Of a stretch of DNA of 64,000 nucleotides, positions 20,313-31,275 are shown piece after piece. Location: contig CALEHW010000046.1 of NCBI GenBank assembly GCA_937877715.1, forward strand, positions 89,690-153,689, given 5' to 3'. Below the pieces are notes generated by a model that was not told the DNA's origin, searched no databases, and worked only from the letters and a program-made list of their open reading frames with translations. The stretch's first letter is position 1. Each line of letters opens with the position of its first letter. A program made the translations under genes and the position numbers. The DNA is from an uncultured Methylophaga sp. GTDB taxonomy: Bacteria; Pseudomonadota; Gammaproteobacteria; GCF-002020875.

Positions 20313-22605
20313 TTGAGCCACATTGTACCGTGCTCTCCGGCTCACTGCCCTCGATAAAGGGGATCTCACGCGCATCGGAACATCCATATATGGTTTTTAA
20401 ACCATCCGGATTAATCCATGATTTGGTGACACCCTCCGGATAGATGGCAGCAAGCGGTTCCAGTGGCAGGGCAGACATAACCCTGCCCCATGCCCGCAAT
20501 GCTCCAGATGAACCTGTCAGCCCTGCCGGTTTATTGTCATCCCTCCCCATCCAGACTACTGCCAGACGATCACCACTAAAACCGGCAAACCAGCTATCCC
20601 TGAGATCATTGGTAGTGCCTGTCTTTCCCGCCACTCTTATTGATTGTGCCAACATGGTATTGAGATAACGTGCAGTTCCGGAACGTACCACCTCCTCCAT
20701 TCCCCACTGCAGAAGGGCTATCGCTTTTGATGAGGCCACCTCCTCAACTCGGAGTGGATAACGATTAAGAGGCTCTCCGTTACGACCCATCACTGCACGA
20801 ATTGAGCGTAGCGGAGAACGCACCCCGCCAGCGGCAATAGGTTGATAGAACTGCGCAACCTCAAGCGGAGTCAGCTCCAGTGCCCCAAGGAAGAGTGACG
20901 GATAGCGATGGATATCACGCTCTACCCCCAGACGCTTCAATGTATTGGCTACCCGACCAATACCCAACTCCACCCCCAACCTGGCAGTTGAGATGTTATA
21001 GGAGTGGCTCAGGGCTCTATAGAGAGGAACATCCCCATGGGATCTCATGTCATAATTTCTGGGACGCCAACGGTTCTCCCCCTGACCAACCTCAAAGGGG
21101 CGATCTCTCAGCTTGGTGACAAGGGTATAACGCTCTGGCTGCTCCAGGGCAGCAAGAAAAAGTGCCGGCTTTACCAGGGAACCAATTTGACGAACCGCAT
21201 TCATGGCACGATTAAAACCTGTGGCACGAGGATCTCGACCACCAACAACCGCCTCTACCTCTCCACTATCGGGACGAACAACAACAACTGCCCCTTGAAG
21301 ATCCTCTTTTCCACTTCTGTCAAGTTCACGGATACGCTGCTGTAACCCACGCTCTGCAGCCGACTGTACCAGCGGATCCAGGGTGGTGAAAATTTGCAGC
21401 CCCTCGGAGGTAAGGTCCTCTTTGGCATAGTCACGCAGAATCTGGCGGCGTACCAGATCGAGAAAGGCGGGGGAATGCGAGCGTCCGGATGGTGGTCTTT
21501 CCAATATCCCGAGTGGTGTACGCCTGGCCTCTGCAGCCTCACTCTCGGAGATCTCCCCCTGCTGCGCCATAAGATCGAGAATCATGTTCCTTCTCTCCAT
21601 GGCCCGCTTCGGGTTCTTTCTTGGGTTATACCATGATGGCCCCTTCAACATCCCGACCAGCAGGGCAGATTTAGCAAGAGTCAACTGACTGGCATCATGA
21701 CCAAAGAAAAAGTGGCTCGCCATCCCTACCCCATGTATGGCTCGCCTCTGATCCTGTCCAAAATAGACCTCATTGATGTAGGCCTCAAGAATTTCATCCT
21801 TCTGATAGTGAAACTCCAGAATCAGCGTAATCAATGCCTCACGGGCCTTGCGCCAAAGAGTGCGCTGCCGGGTCAGAAAGAGGTTCTTTGCCAGCTGCTG
21901 AGTAAGGGTGCTCCCCCCCTGAACTGCACGACCCGCACGCAGATTGGCGACTAGCGCCCGGGCAATTCCCAGAGGGCTGATCCCGAAATGGTCATAAAAG
22001 GAACGATCCTCGACAGTGAGCAAGGTACGGACCAAAACGTCTGGAAGCTGATCCAGCTGCACCAGTATCCGGTCTTCTCCATGTAATGGGTAGAAACTCC
22101 CGATCGGCAGAGGATCAAGACGAACAACCCCAACCCCATCACCACTCTTCAGGTCGGTGATTCTGGAGATTTTTCCATCACGAAAAGAGAGCTTGAGCTC
22201 TCTGGATGGCTCTACCCCATCCCAGAAGCGGAATGGTCTAGTATGGATGGTAATGCGGTTGTTGGAGAGATAGTAACTACCCTCCTCCTCACTTCCAGAA
22301 CGGCTACGATACCCCAACTGCTGCAGAGAACTGACAATCTGGTCTGGGCGGATAGCCCTCTCCCCGTAAAGCTCCAGTGGGGACGCATATACCCGTGCCG
22401 GCAACTCCCAGCGCCTGCCCTCGAACTGATCTCGAACAGTAAAGTCCAGCCAGAGAGTATAGAACAGAGAGAGCGGAAGCAGTGTGAACAGCAGTAGGCG
22501 TAGAGCCCGACGCAAAAGAGAGGAGGTTGCGCTATGGCGAGTACGGGTGGATCTCCTGGCTGATCTCTTGGTCGCTCTGCTGGTAGATTTCCTGTTCGGA
22601 CTCAC
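20305..22605 (-). CDS. mrcB: Penicillin-binding protein 1B (bifunctional glycosyltransferase/transpeptidase)
   Basis: 766 aa with a basic cytoplasmic tail, TM helix, UB2H-like segment, GT51 motifs (EDRSFYDHFGI, RQRTLWRKAREA) and a transpeptidase domain (SxxK ... KTGT). Confidence 0.85.
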   Translation of the reverse strand: MSPNRKSTSRATKRSARRSTRTRHSATSSLLRRALRLLLFTLLPLSLFYTLWLDFTVRDQFEGRRWELPARVYASPLELYGERAIRPDQIVSSLQQLGYRSRSGSEEEGSYYLSNNRITIHTRPFRFWDGVEPSRELKLSFRDGKISRITDLKSGDGVGVVRLDPLPIGSFYPLHGEDRILVQLDQLPDVLVRTLLTVEDRSFYDHFGISPLGIARALVANLRAGRAVQGGSTLTQQLAKNLFLTRQRTLWRKAREALITLILEFHYQKDEILEAYINEVYFGQDQRRAIHGVGMASHFFFGHDASQLTLAKSALLVGMLKGPSWYNPRKNPKRAMERRNMILDLMAQQGEISESEAAEARRTPLGILERPPSGRSHSPAFLDLVRRQILRDYAKEDLTSEGLQIFTTLDPLVQSAAERGLQQRIRELDRSGKEDLQGAVVVVRPDSGEVEAVVGGRDPRATGFNRAMNAVRQIGSLVKPALFLAALEQPERYTLVTKLRDRPFEVGQGENRWRPRNYDMRSHGDVPLYRALSHSYNISTARLGVELGIGRVANTLKRLGVERDIHRYPSLFLGALELTPLEVAQFYQPIAAGGVRSPLRSIRAVMGRNGEPLNRYPLRVEEVASSKAIALLQWGMEEVVRSGTARYLNTMLAQSIRVAGKTGTTNDLRDSWFAGFSGDRLAVVWMGRDDNKPAGLTGSSGALRAWGRVMSALPLEPLAAIYPEGVTKSWINPDGLKTIYGCSDAREIPFIEGSEPESTVQCGSNG

Positions 22606-23183
22606 TTCAGGGAGCGAATCATGGACTTGACTTTGTCAGCCTTGAAATCAAGATCAATTTTCCTCTTCATCTCCCGAGCTGTCTTCATTGACGGCAGTGG
22701 CTGGGTAGTGATGCGCAGACTTCTTTTCCCCTTGCGGGTCCCCTCATCCAACTTCACCTGGTACCCCTTGGACTCCATTCTCTGCAGAAAGCGCTCTGCG
22801 CGCTTGCGACTCTTTACACTATAGCTAACCACCTGCACCTCATAGCGGCCGTCAGCACTCTCTGCGGCGGGGGTGTCGGGGGTGATTGCGGTAGATGGGG
22901 CGGCGGCAGTTGATAGATCAACAATCGGCTTGGTCACAGTGCTGCTATCTGCCGCTGTAGTAGGTCTGGACGAGGCTACGGGTTGTGGTGCCGGAGAGAA
23001 CCCCTCCTCATTGATCTCGATTGTGGTCAATGGCAGATTATCCGGCCACGCCGGAACATTACTCTCGAGCAAGCGTACCTCCTGGCGTGGATCATCCATC
23101 AGAAATGGAACCAGAATGGCGGCCAGTGAAATCAGCACAATACCGCCAATAATGCGTTGTTTCAGTTCAACCTTTTGCAGCAC
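22602..23183 (-). CDS. SPOR-domain cell-division protein (DedD-like)
   Basis: 193 aa with an N-terminal TM helix, a Pro/Ala/Thr-rich linker and a C-terminal SPOR-like domain (YEVQVVSYSVKSRKRAERFLQRMESKGYQVKLDEG). It lies downstream of folC, as dedD does in E. coli. Confidence 0.7.
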   Translation of the reverse strand: MLQKVELKQRIIGGIVLISLAAILVPFLMDDPRQEVRLLESNVPAWPDNLPLTTIEINEEGFSPAPQPVASSRPTTAADSSTVTKPIVDLSTAAAPSTAITPDTPAAESADGRYEVQVVSYSVKSRKRAERFLQRMESKGYQVKLDEGTRKGKRSLRITTQPLPSMKTAREMKRKIDLDFKADKVKSMIRSLK

Positions 23184-23236
23184 AATCGACTCCTATCTAT
23201 AGAATGGTTAATGGTACGGTGGTTGGTGAGGCAAGT

Positions 23237-24493
23237 CTATGGGGTGTTGAGAACTGCTGCAACTGTATGGAATGATCCAAATACAATGATCCTGTCATTA
23301 CGCTTTGCACCCTCCAGTACAGCCTCATATGCCAGCTTCACGTTCGCAAACGAGTCAACCACCGAATCTTTGACCTCTGACTCCACCACCTTCAACATAT
23401 CTTCTGATGATACACCTCTTGTCCCCTGCAGGCCTCCCACTATCCAGTGGTCAACCTCCGGTGCAAGCAGCGCCACCACGGTAGCCATCTCCTTGTCCCT
23501 GAGCATGGCAACCACAGCTATGGTTTCGCCATTACCCGCGGTTGAGGCAAGATTCTGCGCCAGCACCCTGGCTGCCTGTGGATTATGCGCAACATCCATA
23601 ATAACTTCAGGTTCCTGACGGATGGTCTGGAAACGCCCTGGTACTGTTGCATCCGCCACCCCTCTGGCTATCTGAGCCTCCCCCACCCTCTCCATCCACC
23701 CCAACAGATGGATCACCTCCAGCACCGCTGCACTATTTGCTATCTGCACCTCTCCCCTCAGTGCCGGTAGGGGCAGATGGTAGAGCTCTCTGCCATTGGA
23801 CTCCCGCCACGACCAGCTGCTCTCCTCAACCACGAAAGAGAAATCGCACCCCACCTTGAACAGAGGGGTTCCCAGCTCTCTGGCATACTGCACCACTGTT
23901 GAGGGTGGATCGTACTCCCCGATCACAGCCGGTCGTCCGGGCCGCAAGATTCCCGCCTTCTCCAGACCAATCTCCTCACGGCTCTCCCCAAGCCAGGATT
24001 GATGATCCAGATCAACCGTTGTAATCAACGCCACATCAGCATCCACAATATTGGTTGCATCGAGTCGGCCACCCAATCCAACCTCAAGCACAATCAGATC
24101 GAGGGGGTGACGCCGAAAGAGCTCCAGTGCAGCCAGGGTTCCAAACTCAAAGTAGGTTAGTGATTCACCGTTACGGGCTCTGTCGATACATTCAAAAGCA
24201 TCACACAGATCTGCATCAGAGGCCTCTTTACCATTGATACGAATCCGTTCGTTGTAACGCAGCAGATGGGGTGAGGTGTAGACCCCGACACTCAAACCAG
24301 CAGTACAAACGATGGATTCCAGAATAGCAATAGATGAGCCCTTGCCGTTGGTTCCCGCAACCGTGACCACCTTTGCCTGCGGAGATAACAGATTCAGGCG
24401 CGCACCAACCTGGCCAATACGCTCCAGCCCCAGCTCAATCTCCTCTGGATGAAGCCTCTCCTGCCAAGAGAGCCACTCATCAAGCGTCATCAA
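23237..24493 (-). CDS. folC: Bifunctional folylpolyglutamate synthase/dihydrofolate synthase
   Basis: 418 aa with a Mur-ligase-family P-loop ([12 protein letters not shown]). accD-folC synteny. Confidence 0.9.
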   Translation of the reverse strand: MMTLDEWLSWQERLHPEEIELGLERIGQVGARLNLLSPQAKVVTVAGTNGKGSSIAILESIVCTAGLSVGVYTSPHLLRYNERIRINGKEASDADLCDAFECIDRARNGESLTYFEFGTLAALELFRRHPLDLIVLEVGLGGRLDATNIVDADVALITTVDLDHQSWLGESREEIGLEKAGILRPGRPAVIGEYDPPSTVVQYARELGTPLFKVGCDFSFVVEESSWSWRESNGRELYHLPLPALRGEVQIANSAAVLEVIHLLGWMERVGEAQIARGVADATVPGRFQTIRQEPEVIMDVAHNPQAARVLAQNLASTAGNGETIAVVAMLRDKEMATVVALLAPEVDHWIVGGLQGTRGVSSEDMLKVVESEVKDSVVDSFANVKLAYEAVLEGAKRNDRIIVFGSFHTVAAVLNTP

Positions 24494-25356
24494 GCCAGAG
24501 ATCTGTTCTGGTTATTTTCCATCATGATGGATAGCAGTGAGGAGAGTTTCTCTCGCATCTCACGACGATCGATAATCATATCGATGGCACCATGCTCAAC
24601 CAGGAATTCACTGCGCTGAAAACCCTCCGGGAGCTTCTCACGAACCGTCTGCTCGATAACCCGAGGGCCTGCAAAGCCTATTAGCGCATTGGGCTCCGCA
24701 ATATTTAGATCACCCAGCATGGCAAAGCTGGCAGAGACACCGCCCATAGTTGGATCGGTCAATACCGAGATGAACGGAAGCCCACGATCTGCCAGTCTGG
24801 TCAGTGCCGCACTGGTCTTCGCCATCTGCATTAGAGAGAAAAGCGCCTCCTGCATGCGGGCACCACCACTGGCGCTAAAACATACCAGCGGCACATTCTG
24901 TTCCAAACTGGCATTTACTGCCCGCACAAAGCGCTCGCCCACTACCGAGCCCATTGAGCCCCCCATGAATTTGAATTCAAATGCAGCAGCAACCAAGGGG
25001 ACACCATCCACCTCACCCTGCATTACGATCAACGCATCTTTCTCACCAGTACTTTTCTGAGCCTGGGCAATCCGATCTCTGTATTTTTTCAGATCCTTGA
25101 AGTTGAGTTTGTCTACCGGAGCCAGATTGGCTGCAATCTCCCGGGTGCTATCCTGGTCGAAAAATAACTCCAGACGGCGCCGTGCCCCAATCCTCATATG
25201 GTGGCTGCACTTTGGGCAGACATCCTGGTTGCGCTCCAGTTCCGCACGGTAGAGAATTGACTCACAGGAGGGGCACTTTATCCAGACTCCCTCTGGTACC
25301 GCCTTCTTGCTCCCCTCCGTTCTAATCTTTGGAAGAATTTTCTCAAACCAGGTCAT
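24490..25356 (-). CDS. accD: Acetyl-CoA carboxylase carboxyltransferase subunit beta
   Basis: 288 aa with an N-terminal C4 zinc ribbon (CPSC...CPKC) and a crotonase-like CT domain. Confidence 0.9.
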   Translation of the reverse strand: MTWFEKILPKIRTEGSKKAVPEGVWIKCPSCESILYRAELERNQDVCPKCSHHMRIGARRRLELFFDQDSTREIAANLAPVDKLNFKDLKKYRDRIAQAQKSTGEKDALIVMQGEVDGVPLVAAAFEFKFMGGSMGSVVGERFVRAVNASLEQNVPLVCFSASGGARMQEALFSLMQMAKTSAALTRLADRGLPFISVLTDPTMGGVSASFAMLGDLNIAEPNALIGFAGPRVIEQTVREKLPEGFQRSEFLVEHGAIDMIIDRREMREKLSSLLSIMMENNQNRSLA

Positions 25357-25371
25357 CTCTTGCTCCCTTCT

Positions 25372-26178
25372 CTAAACCTTGTCAAGCGCGCTCCGCATCT
25401 CTGAGAGGATACCACCAATCGCCGCTGGAATCCGGTCTGGAGTCTCACCTAGTGCCTCCATTTTTGAGACCAGCACACTTCCAACTACAACCGCATCTGC
25501 CACTGCACCAATTGCAGCAGCCGATGCTGCATCCCTGATTCCAAACCCAACTCCTACGGGAAGATCCGTCTGTTGACGAATTGAGTCAACCTTATTCTCA
25601 ACCTCGGAGAGATCCGGGGCCTGTGAACCGGTCACCCCTTTTACTGAAACATAGTAGATAAAACCTCGGGCAGAACTGGTAATCATGCCGATTCGCTTCG
25701 CAGTGCTAGTTGGAGCCAACAGATAGATAGGATCAAGCCCATGTGTCTCACAGATCTGTTCAAACTCTGCGCCCTCCTCTGGTGGCATATCCACCGTAAG
25801 CACACCATCCACACCAGCTGCCTCTGCCGCTGTAGCGAATTGCTCCACACCCATATTCTCAATCGGATTGAGATACCCCATCAATACCACTGGTGTAGTC
25901 TCATTCTCTCTTCGAAATGTAGCAACCATCTCCAGCACATGGTGGATACTGGTATTCTCCTCCAGCGCGCGCTCACTGGAACGCTGGATAGTTGGTCCAT
26001 CCGCCATTGGATCGGAGAATGGTACCCCCAGCTCAATAATATCGGCACCTGCATCCACCATTGAGTGCATAACCGGTACCGTAACCGAGCGATCGGGATC
26101 ACCTGCAGTCACAAAGGGGATTAGTGCGGTACGCCCCGATGCCTTGCACTGCTCAAAACAGGATTGAATTCGGCTCAT
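25372..26178 (-). CDS. trpA: Tryptophan synthase alpha chain
   Basis: 268-aa TIM-barrel TrpA pattern, directly downstream of trpB. Confidence 0.9.
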   Translation of the reverse strand: MSRIQSCFEQCKASGRTALIPFVTAGDPDRSVTVPVMHSMVDAGADIIELGVPFSDPMADGPTIQRSSERALEENTSIHHVLEMVATFRRENETTPVVLMGYLNPIENMGVEQFATAAEAAGVDGVLTVDMPPEEGAEFEQICETHGLDPIYLLAPTSTAKRIGMITSSARGFIYYVSVKGVTGSQAPDLSEVENKVDSIRQQTDLPVGVGFGIRDAASAAAIGAVADAVVVGSVLVSKMEALGETPDRIPAAIGGILSEMRSALDKV

Positions 26179-27392
26179 ACCTCAACCCCTTCAATATCAG
26201 CAACAGTATGAATATCCTTATCCCCCCTCCCAGAGAGGTTGACGATAATAATCTGGTCCTTACTCATGGTTGGTGCCAGCTTTGTTATATAGGCCAGTGC
26301 ATGGCTTGATTCCAGTGCTGGCAGAATCCCCTCAATACGGGTCAGGTCATGAAACCCTTGCAGCGCCTCCTGGTCATCGATCGCTACATATTCGGCTCTC
26401 CCACGGTCCTTAAGCCAGGAGTGTTCCGGACCTACTCCAGGGTAATCAAGTCCAGCAGAGATTGAGTGGGTCTCAATAATCTGACCATTCTCATCCTCGA
26501 TGATATAAGTGCGGTTACCATGCAGTACCCCCGGCTTTCCTGCATTTAGTGTTGCAGCATGCTTGTCTGTGTCCAGCCCCAGACCTGCTGCCTCAACTCC
26601 ATATATTTTTATCTGCTCGTCCACAAGGAATGGGTGAAAAAGGCCAATTGCATTGGACCCACCGCCCACACAGGCTACCAGCGCATCGGGAAGTTTTCCC
26701 GCCTGCTGCTGAATCTGCTCTCTCGCCTCCCGTCCAATAATGGTCTGGAAATCACGTACCAGCATTGGATAGGGGTGAGGACCAGCGACTGTGCCGATAA
26801 TATAGAAGGTATCATCCACATTGGTGACCCAGTCCCGCATCGCCTCATTGAGCGCGTCTTTAAGAGTTTTAGAGCCGGAACTGACAGGAACCACCTTGGC
26901 CCCCAACAATTTCATACGGTAGACATTGAGCTTCTGGCGCTCCACATCCACCTCGCCCATATAGACCACACACTCCAGACCCAGGCGTGCCGCAACTGTC
27001 GCCGTAGCAACCCCATGCTGACCCGCACCAGTCTCTGCAATAATTCTGCTCTTTCCCATGCGCTGAGCAAGCAGGGCCTGACCAATAGTGTTGTTTACCT
27101 TATGGGCACCAGTATGGTTGAGATCCTCACGCTTAAGCCAGATCTGCGCCCCTCCCAGATGATCACTCCAGCGCTGGGCGTGGTATAGCGGACTGGGGCG
27201 GCCAACGTAGTGCTGCAGATCCTCATCCAGCTCACGCAGAAAATCCTCATCCTTCATATAGCGCGTGTAGGCCTCTGACAGCTCCTCCAGTGGAGCCATC
27301 AGGGTCTCCGAGGCAAAAATACCTCCATAGACCCCAAAATGTCCCTTGCTATCCGGCTGATCGGTCCATCGATTACTCACATCCTGCTCCAT
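26175..27392 (-). CDS. trpB: Tryptophan synthase beta chain
   Basis: 405 aa with the PLP-lysine motif HTGAHKVNN and the GGGSNAIG loop. Confidence 0.9.
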   Translation of the reverse strand: MEQDVSNRWTDQPDSKGHFGVYGGIFASETLMAPLEELSEAYTRYMKDEDFLRELDEDLQHYVGRPSPLYHAQRWSDHLGGAQIWLKREDLNHTGAHKVNNTIGQALLAQRMGKSRIIAETGAGQHGVATATVAARLGLECVVYMGEVDVERQKLNVYRMKLLGAKVVPVSSGSKTLKDALNEAMRDWVTNVDDTFYIIGTVAGPHPYPMLVRDFQTIIGREAREQIQQQAGKLPDALVACVGGGSNAIGLFHPFLVDEQIKIYGVEAAGLGLDTDKHAATLNAGKPGVLHGNRTYIIEDENGQIIETHSISAGLDYPGVGPEHSWLKDRGRAEYVAIDDQEALQGFHDLTRIEGILPALESSHALAYITKLAPTMSKDQIIIVNLSGRGDKDIHTVADIEGVEV

Positions 27393-27554
27393 TCGTCTTA
27401 TTGTCTAACTTCCTGATATCAGTTGCACCAAAAGTATTGGCAGTTTTGTTCATGCAGCTCGCTCAAGCACATCCATGTGTCACTCGATTGCGGACATCCT
27501 ATCCGCAAACGGCTGCCTGCTCAAAACTACCAATACTCATGAAACAATTCACAT

Positions 27555-28181
27555 CTAATCTTTGACACGTTTTACATTGTCTATGAAACGATAAACCTTG
27601 AGATGATCCTTGACCCCTCTCTCCCGCTCCACACCACCACTCACATCTACAGCCCATGGCTGAACCTTTCTGATTGCCGACTCAATATTGTCAGCGTTGA
27701 GGCCACCGGCAAGCACCAACGGCTTGTCCAGATCTACAGGAATTCTCTCCCAGTCAAAGGTCTCACCCGTACCACCCGGAACCCCAGGTTGGTAGGCATC
27801 TACCAGCAAGGCCCTGGCTGTTGCATATCTTGTAGACTCTTGTTGCAGATCAACCCCTTCCCTCATCCTGATCGCCTTCATGTATGGGCGCACAAATGAG
27901 GCACAATAATCTTGGGATTCATCTCCGTGAAACTGCAACAGATCCAGAGGGACAGCTGCCAATACCTCATTTACAAAATCGGGCTCTGCATCAACAAATA
28001 GCCCCACTGTAGTTATGAATGGTGGCAGTGCAGCGACAATCTCACCTGCCTGCTCCACAGTTACCGCCCTCGGGCTTGGATCATAGAAGACCAGGCCAAT
28101 GGCATCTGCACCACTCTCGGCGGCATAAATCGCATCCTCGACCGAGGTTATTCCACAGATTTTCAGACGGGTTTGCATCAC
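27555..28181 (-). CDS. trpF: N-(5'-phosphoribosyl)anthranilate isomerase
   Basis: 208 aa, [11 protein letters not shown]... TIM-barrel PRAI pattern. Lies in the truA-trpF-trpBA neighbourhood. Confidence 0.85.
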   Translation of the reverse strand: MMQTRLKICGITSVEDAIYAAESGADAIGLVFYDPSPRAVTVEQAGEIVAALPPFITTVGLFVDAEPDFVNEVLAAVPLDLLQFHGDESQDYCASFVRPYMKAIRMREGVDLQQESTRYATARALLVDAYQPGVPGGTGETFDWERIPVDLDKPLVLAGGLNADNIESAIRKVQPWAVDVSGGVERERGVKDHLKVYRFIDNVKRVKD

Positions 28182-28190
28182 GCAATATTA

Positions 28191-28952
28191 TCACACTGAG
28201 GGGATATCAAAACGGTCCGGATATTCTACCGACACCATAGACAATCCCTCTGGTGGGGCAGTAATTCCGCCCCGGGTCCGATCTCTCAGATCCAGCACCG
28301 CTTTTGCCCACTCTGGCTCATTGAGTCCACTACCGATAGAGATTAATACCCCCGCAATATTCCTTACCATGTGGTGGAGAAAGGCATTGGCTCTCACCTC
28401 AATCCAGACCTCTTCCCCATGACGTGTTACATCTAGATTGTGAATTGTACGTACAGGGCTATGGGCCTGGCAGGCAACTGCCCGATATGAGCTGAAGTCG
28501 TGTTCGCCCAGAAGGTGGTCTGCCCCTAGTTGCATAAAATTTTCATCAAGATGCCTATAGATCCAGGTACGTTCATCAGCAGATATAGCTGTACGAACAG
28601 GACGATTAAATATGACGTAACGGTAGGAGCGGGAGAGGGCCGAAAATCTGGCGTGAAATTTATCATCCACCTGTTTTACCCAGGCAATGGAGACATCCCT
28701 GTCGAGGTTTGCGTTAGCACCATAAACCCATGCTCGCACACTACGCTCGGAGTCGCTCTCAAAATGGATCACCTGTCCCAGAGCATGAACCCCAGCATCA
28801 GTACGTCCTGCCGTTGTTACCCGTACAAAGTGGTTGGCAACCCTGGAGAGTGCCTTCTCTACCTCACCCTGAACAGTACGAACATCCGGTTGCTGCACCT
28901 CCCAGCCATGGAAGTTGGTCCCACTATACTCAATACCGGCCGCATACTTCAT
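28191..28952 (-). CDS. truA: tRNA pseudouridine(38-40) synthase TruA
   Basis: 253 aa with the catalytic-Asp region RTDAGVHA. Confidence 0.9.
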   Translation of the reverse strand: MKYAAGIEYSGTNFHGWEVQQPDVRTVQGEVEKALSRVANHFVRVTTAGRTDAGVHALGQVIHFESDSERSVRAWVYGANANLDRDVSIAWVKQVDDKFHARFSALSRSYRYVIFNRPVRTAISADERTWIYRHLDENFMQLGADHLLGEHDFSSYRAVACQAHSPVRTIHNLDVTRHGEEVWIEVRANAFLHHMVRNIAGVLISIGSGLNEPEWAKAVLDLRDRTRGGITAPPEGLSMVSVEYPDRFDIPSV

Positions 28953-29677
28953 ACCCCCCCATCTCCAGGGGTTTTGGGGCGAATCTTTCGCTCGATCTGC
29001 TCAACTCCACGCCTGAAATCACCCCAAATATCAGCATCTTCAGTCTCTGTTCTTACACCAGATTGCAGTAGATCTGCATCTGTTACCGGCTCCGCAAAAC
29101 GCCACCAACGGATCAGTAGCAGGGCGATTCCCCCACCCAGCAGCAGGAATATTGTCCAGCTTGAGAAGATCTGGTAGGTCGGCACCGAAAACAGCTCCCT
29201 AGCCCTGTAGAGCCAGTGGCTTCTGCTCTCTTGCTGCTGCGCTGCCATCTCCCCACTCTGTTGCAGTGCCATGTTTCTCTCGTTCAGCAATTGCACAAGA
29301 TAGGCAGAGCTGGAGTCTGGCGGCACGGGAACAAGAAACAGTGTTAGCTGCCGGCGTGTCTTCCCTGCCCCCTCTCCTGACAACAGTCCCAATGTCAGAA
29401 TTGGCTGCTCTATCGGCTGATCAGAGAGCAACAGTAGAGTTCCTCTCTCTCCAACTCTCTCAACCTTAAATTGAGAGGCTGACTCACTCTTGACCTCAAT
29501 GGAAAATTCGCTCTTCTGCCCTTCATCTGGCAGCAACTGGACCTCCGCAATCAACGGATCACCCAGTGCAGAGAAGATCTTGATGTTGCCACTGGCATAG
29601 AGCTCCCCAATAGTCAGGCTACAAAGGAGAATGGCAATCAGATATTTCACAGCAGAATGCCTATAACTCCAGGGCAA
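28949..29677 (-). CDS. Hypothetical bitopic protein (signal peptide plus C-terminal TM anchor) in the position of fimV between asd and truA
   Basis: 242 aa with an N-terminal hydrophobic leader, a periplasmic-looking body and a TM helix ([17 protein letters not shown]) near the C-terminus. It overlaps asd and truA by a few nt, giving an operon-like arrangement. Confidence 0.5.
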   Translation of the reverse strand: MPWSYRHSAVKYLIAILLCSLTIGELYASGNIKIFSALGDPLIAEVQLLPDEGQKSEFSIEVKSESASQFKVERVGERGTLLLLSDQPIEQPILTLGLLSGEGAGKTRRQLTLFLVPVPPDSSSAYLVQLLNERNMALQQSGEMAAQQQESRSHWLYRARELFSVPTYQIFSSWTIFLLLGGGIALLLIRWWRFAEPVTDADLLQSGVRTETEDADIWGDFRRGVEQIERKIRPKTPGDGGV

Positions 29678-30782
29678 TCCCCATCAGGCGACGTAGTGGC
29701 TCTGCGGCACCCCACAACAACTGATCACCAACGGTAAATGCAGAGATATACTCCGGTCCCATAGTTAGCTTGCGCACTCTACCAACAGGCACAGTAAGGG
29801 TTCCAGTAACCTTGGCTGGGGTCAACTCGGTCATACTCAGGTCACGATCATTTGGGACCACCTTCACCCAGTCATTGGCCTGGGCCATGATAGATTCGAT
29901 CTCTGCAACCGGAATATCACGTTTCATCTTGATGGTCAGCGCCTGACTATGGGAACGCATTGCACCGATACGGACACAGAGTCCATCAATAGGTACCGGG
30001 TTATCATTGCGGCCCAGAATCTTGTTGGTCTCTGCCTCTGCCTTCCACTCCTCTCGACTTTGTCCACTTGGCAGCTGGGTATCAATCCATGGGATCAGAC
30101 TACCGGCCAATGGCACCCCAAAATTATCTGTTGGGTAGCCATCACTGTTCATGTGAGAAGAGATAGTACGATCAATCTCGAGGATTGCGCTGGCAGGATC
30201 ATCAAGCAGTCCCCCAACACTATCTCTGATACTTCCCATTTGGGAGATCAATTCACGCATGTTTCGTGCACCGGCACCAGATGCGGCCTGATAGGTCATG
30301 GGGCTAATCCACTCCACCAGATCTTTCTGGAAAAGTCCCCCTATTGCCATAAGCATCAGACTTACAGTGCAGTTTCCTCCCACAAAGGTATTTGTTCCGT
30401 CACTCAGAGCATTATCTATTACATTACGGTTGACCGGATCCAGCACCAGCACTGCCTCATCATTCATACGAAGAGAGGATGCCGCATCAATCCAGTACCC
30501 ACTCCAGCCTGACTCGCGTAGCAGGCCGATTACCGCTTTGGTATAGCTACCACCCTGACAGCTGATGATGGCATCCATTTCCACCAACTCGGAGATATCA
30601 TTGGCATCCTTAAGTGGTGGCACCTTCTTGCCCACATCAGGACCTGGCTGCCCAAACTGCGAGGTGGTAAAGAAGACTGGATCAATCTTCTCAAAATCAT
30701 TCTCTTCACGCATTCGCCCCATCAAGACCGAACCAACCATGCCACGCCAACCTACAAAACCTACCTTTTTCATCTCAATCAA
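29661..30782 (-). CDS. asd: Aspartate-semialdehyde dehydrogenase
   Basis: 373 aa with N-terminus [17 protein letters not shown] (Rossmann) and an active-site Cys region. Confidence 0.9.
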   Translation of the reverse strand: MIEMKKVGFVGWRGMVGSVLMGRMREENDFEKIDPVFFTTSQFGQPGPDVGKKVPPLKDANDISELVEMDAIISCQGGSYTKAVIGLLRESGWSGYWIDAASSLRMNDEAVLVLDPVNRNVIDNALSDGTNTFVGGNCTVSLMLMAIGGLFQKDLVEWISPMTYQAASGAGARNMRELISQMGSIRDSVGGLLDDPASAILEIDRTISSHMNSDGYPTDNFGVPLAGSLIPWIDTQLPSGQSREEWKAEAETNKILGRNDNPVPIDGLCVRIGAMRSHSQALTIKMKRDIPVAEIESIMAQANDWVKVVPNDRDLSMTELTPAKVTGTLTVPVGRVRKLTMGPEYISAFTVGDQLLWGAAEPLRRLMGIALEL

Positions 30783-30979
30783 GCTCTTAGTAAAACAGAA
30801 AAACCGCCTGCAAACGGGCCAATATCCATCATCAACCCAGTGACAGAGCGATGATGACGAAAGACAGCTATGATAATCCTTTCAGCAACATAGCACTACG
30901 AGAAAATGGAAGATCCGTGCAGAAGCACACTAATACCGGCACCTGCTCAGTAATGGAGTTATTGTGTATCATATAACGC

Positions 30980-31225
30980 ATGGATACTCCCCCTGCAACG
31001 GACCCTCTGGACAAGCTCCCAGCTATTCTTAAAGAAGATCTGGATCGTAACCTGTGTACCTGCAATGAGGTGGTAAAGATGGATGTGATCAATGCCATTG
31101 CGGATGGAGCCATCTCAGTAAAGGCGGTTAAAGAGCAGACCCTTGCCACTGATGGGAACGGCTGTTGCAGACGCCAGGTCGAACGCTTGATTGAGTGCAT
31201 CTGCGCCCCTGAATTGGAGAAATAG
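30980..31225 (+). CDS. Small BFD-like [2Fe-2S]-binding-domain protein (putative)
   Basis: 81 aa with CTCNEV near the N-terminus and GNGCCRRQVERLIECIC near the C-terminus, which resembles the CxC...CxxC spacing of bacterioferritin-associated-ferredoxin-like domains. It lies alone on the plus strand between minus-strand asd and leuB. Confidence 0.35.
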   Translation: MDTPPATDPLDKLPAILKEDLDRNLCTCNEVVKMDVINAIADGAISVKAVKEQTLATDGNGCCRRQVERLIECICAPELEK

Positions 31226-31275
31226 AAGGTTCTCCAATTGACTGGAGCACTAAATTACCCTCTTCTAGGATTCCA

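Noticed and set aside
30868-31200. 110-aa minus-strand ORF overlapping the BFD-like ORF
   Set aside because: Its composition is Arg/Ser-rich and junk-like. The plus-strand frame has the more protein-like sequence and a Cys motif. The two are mutually exclusive.
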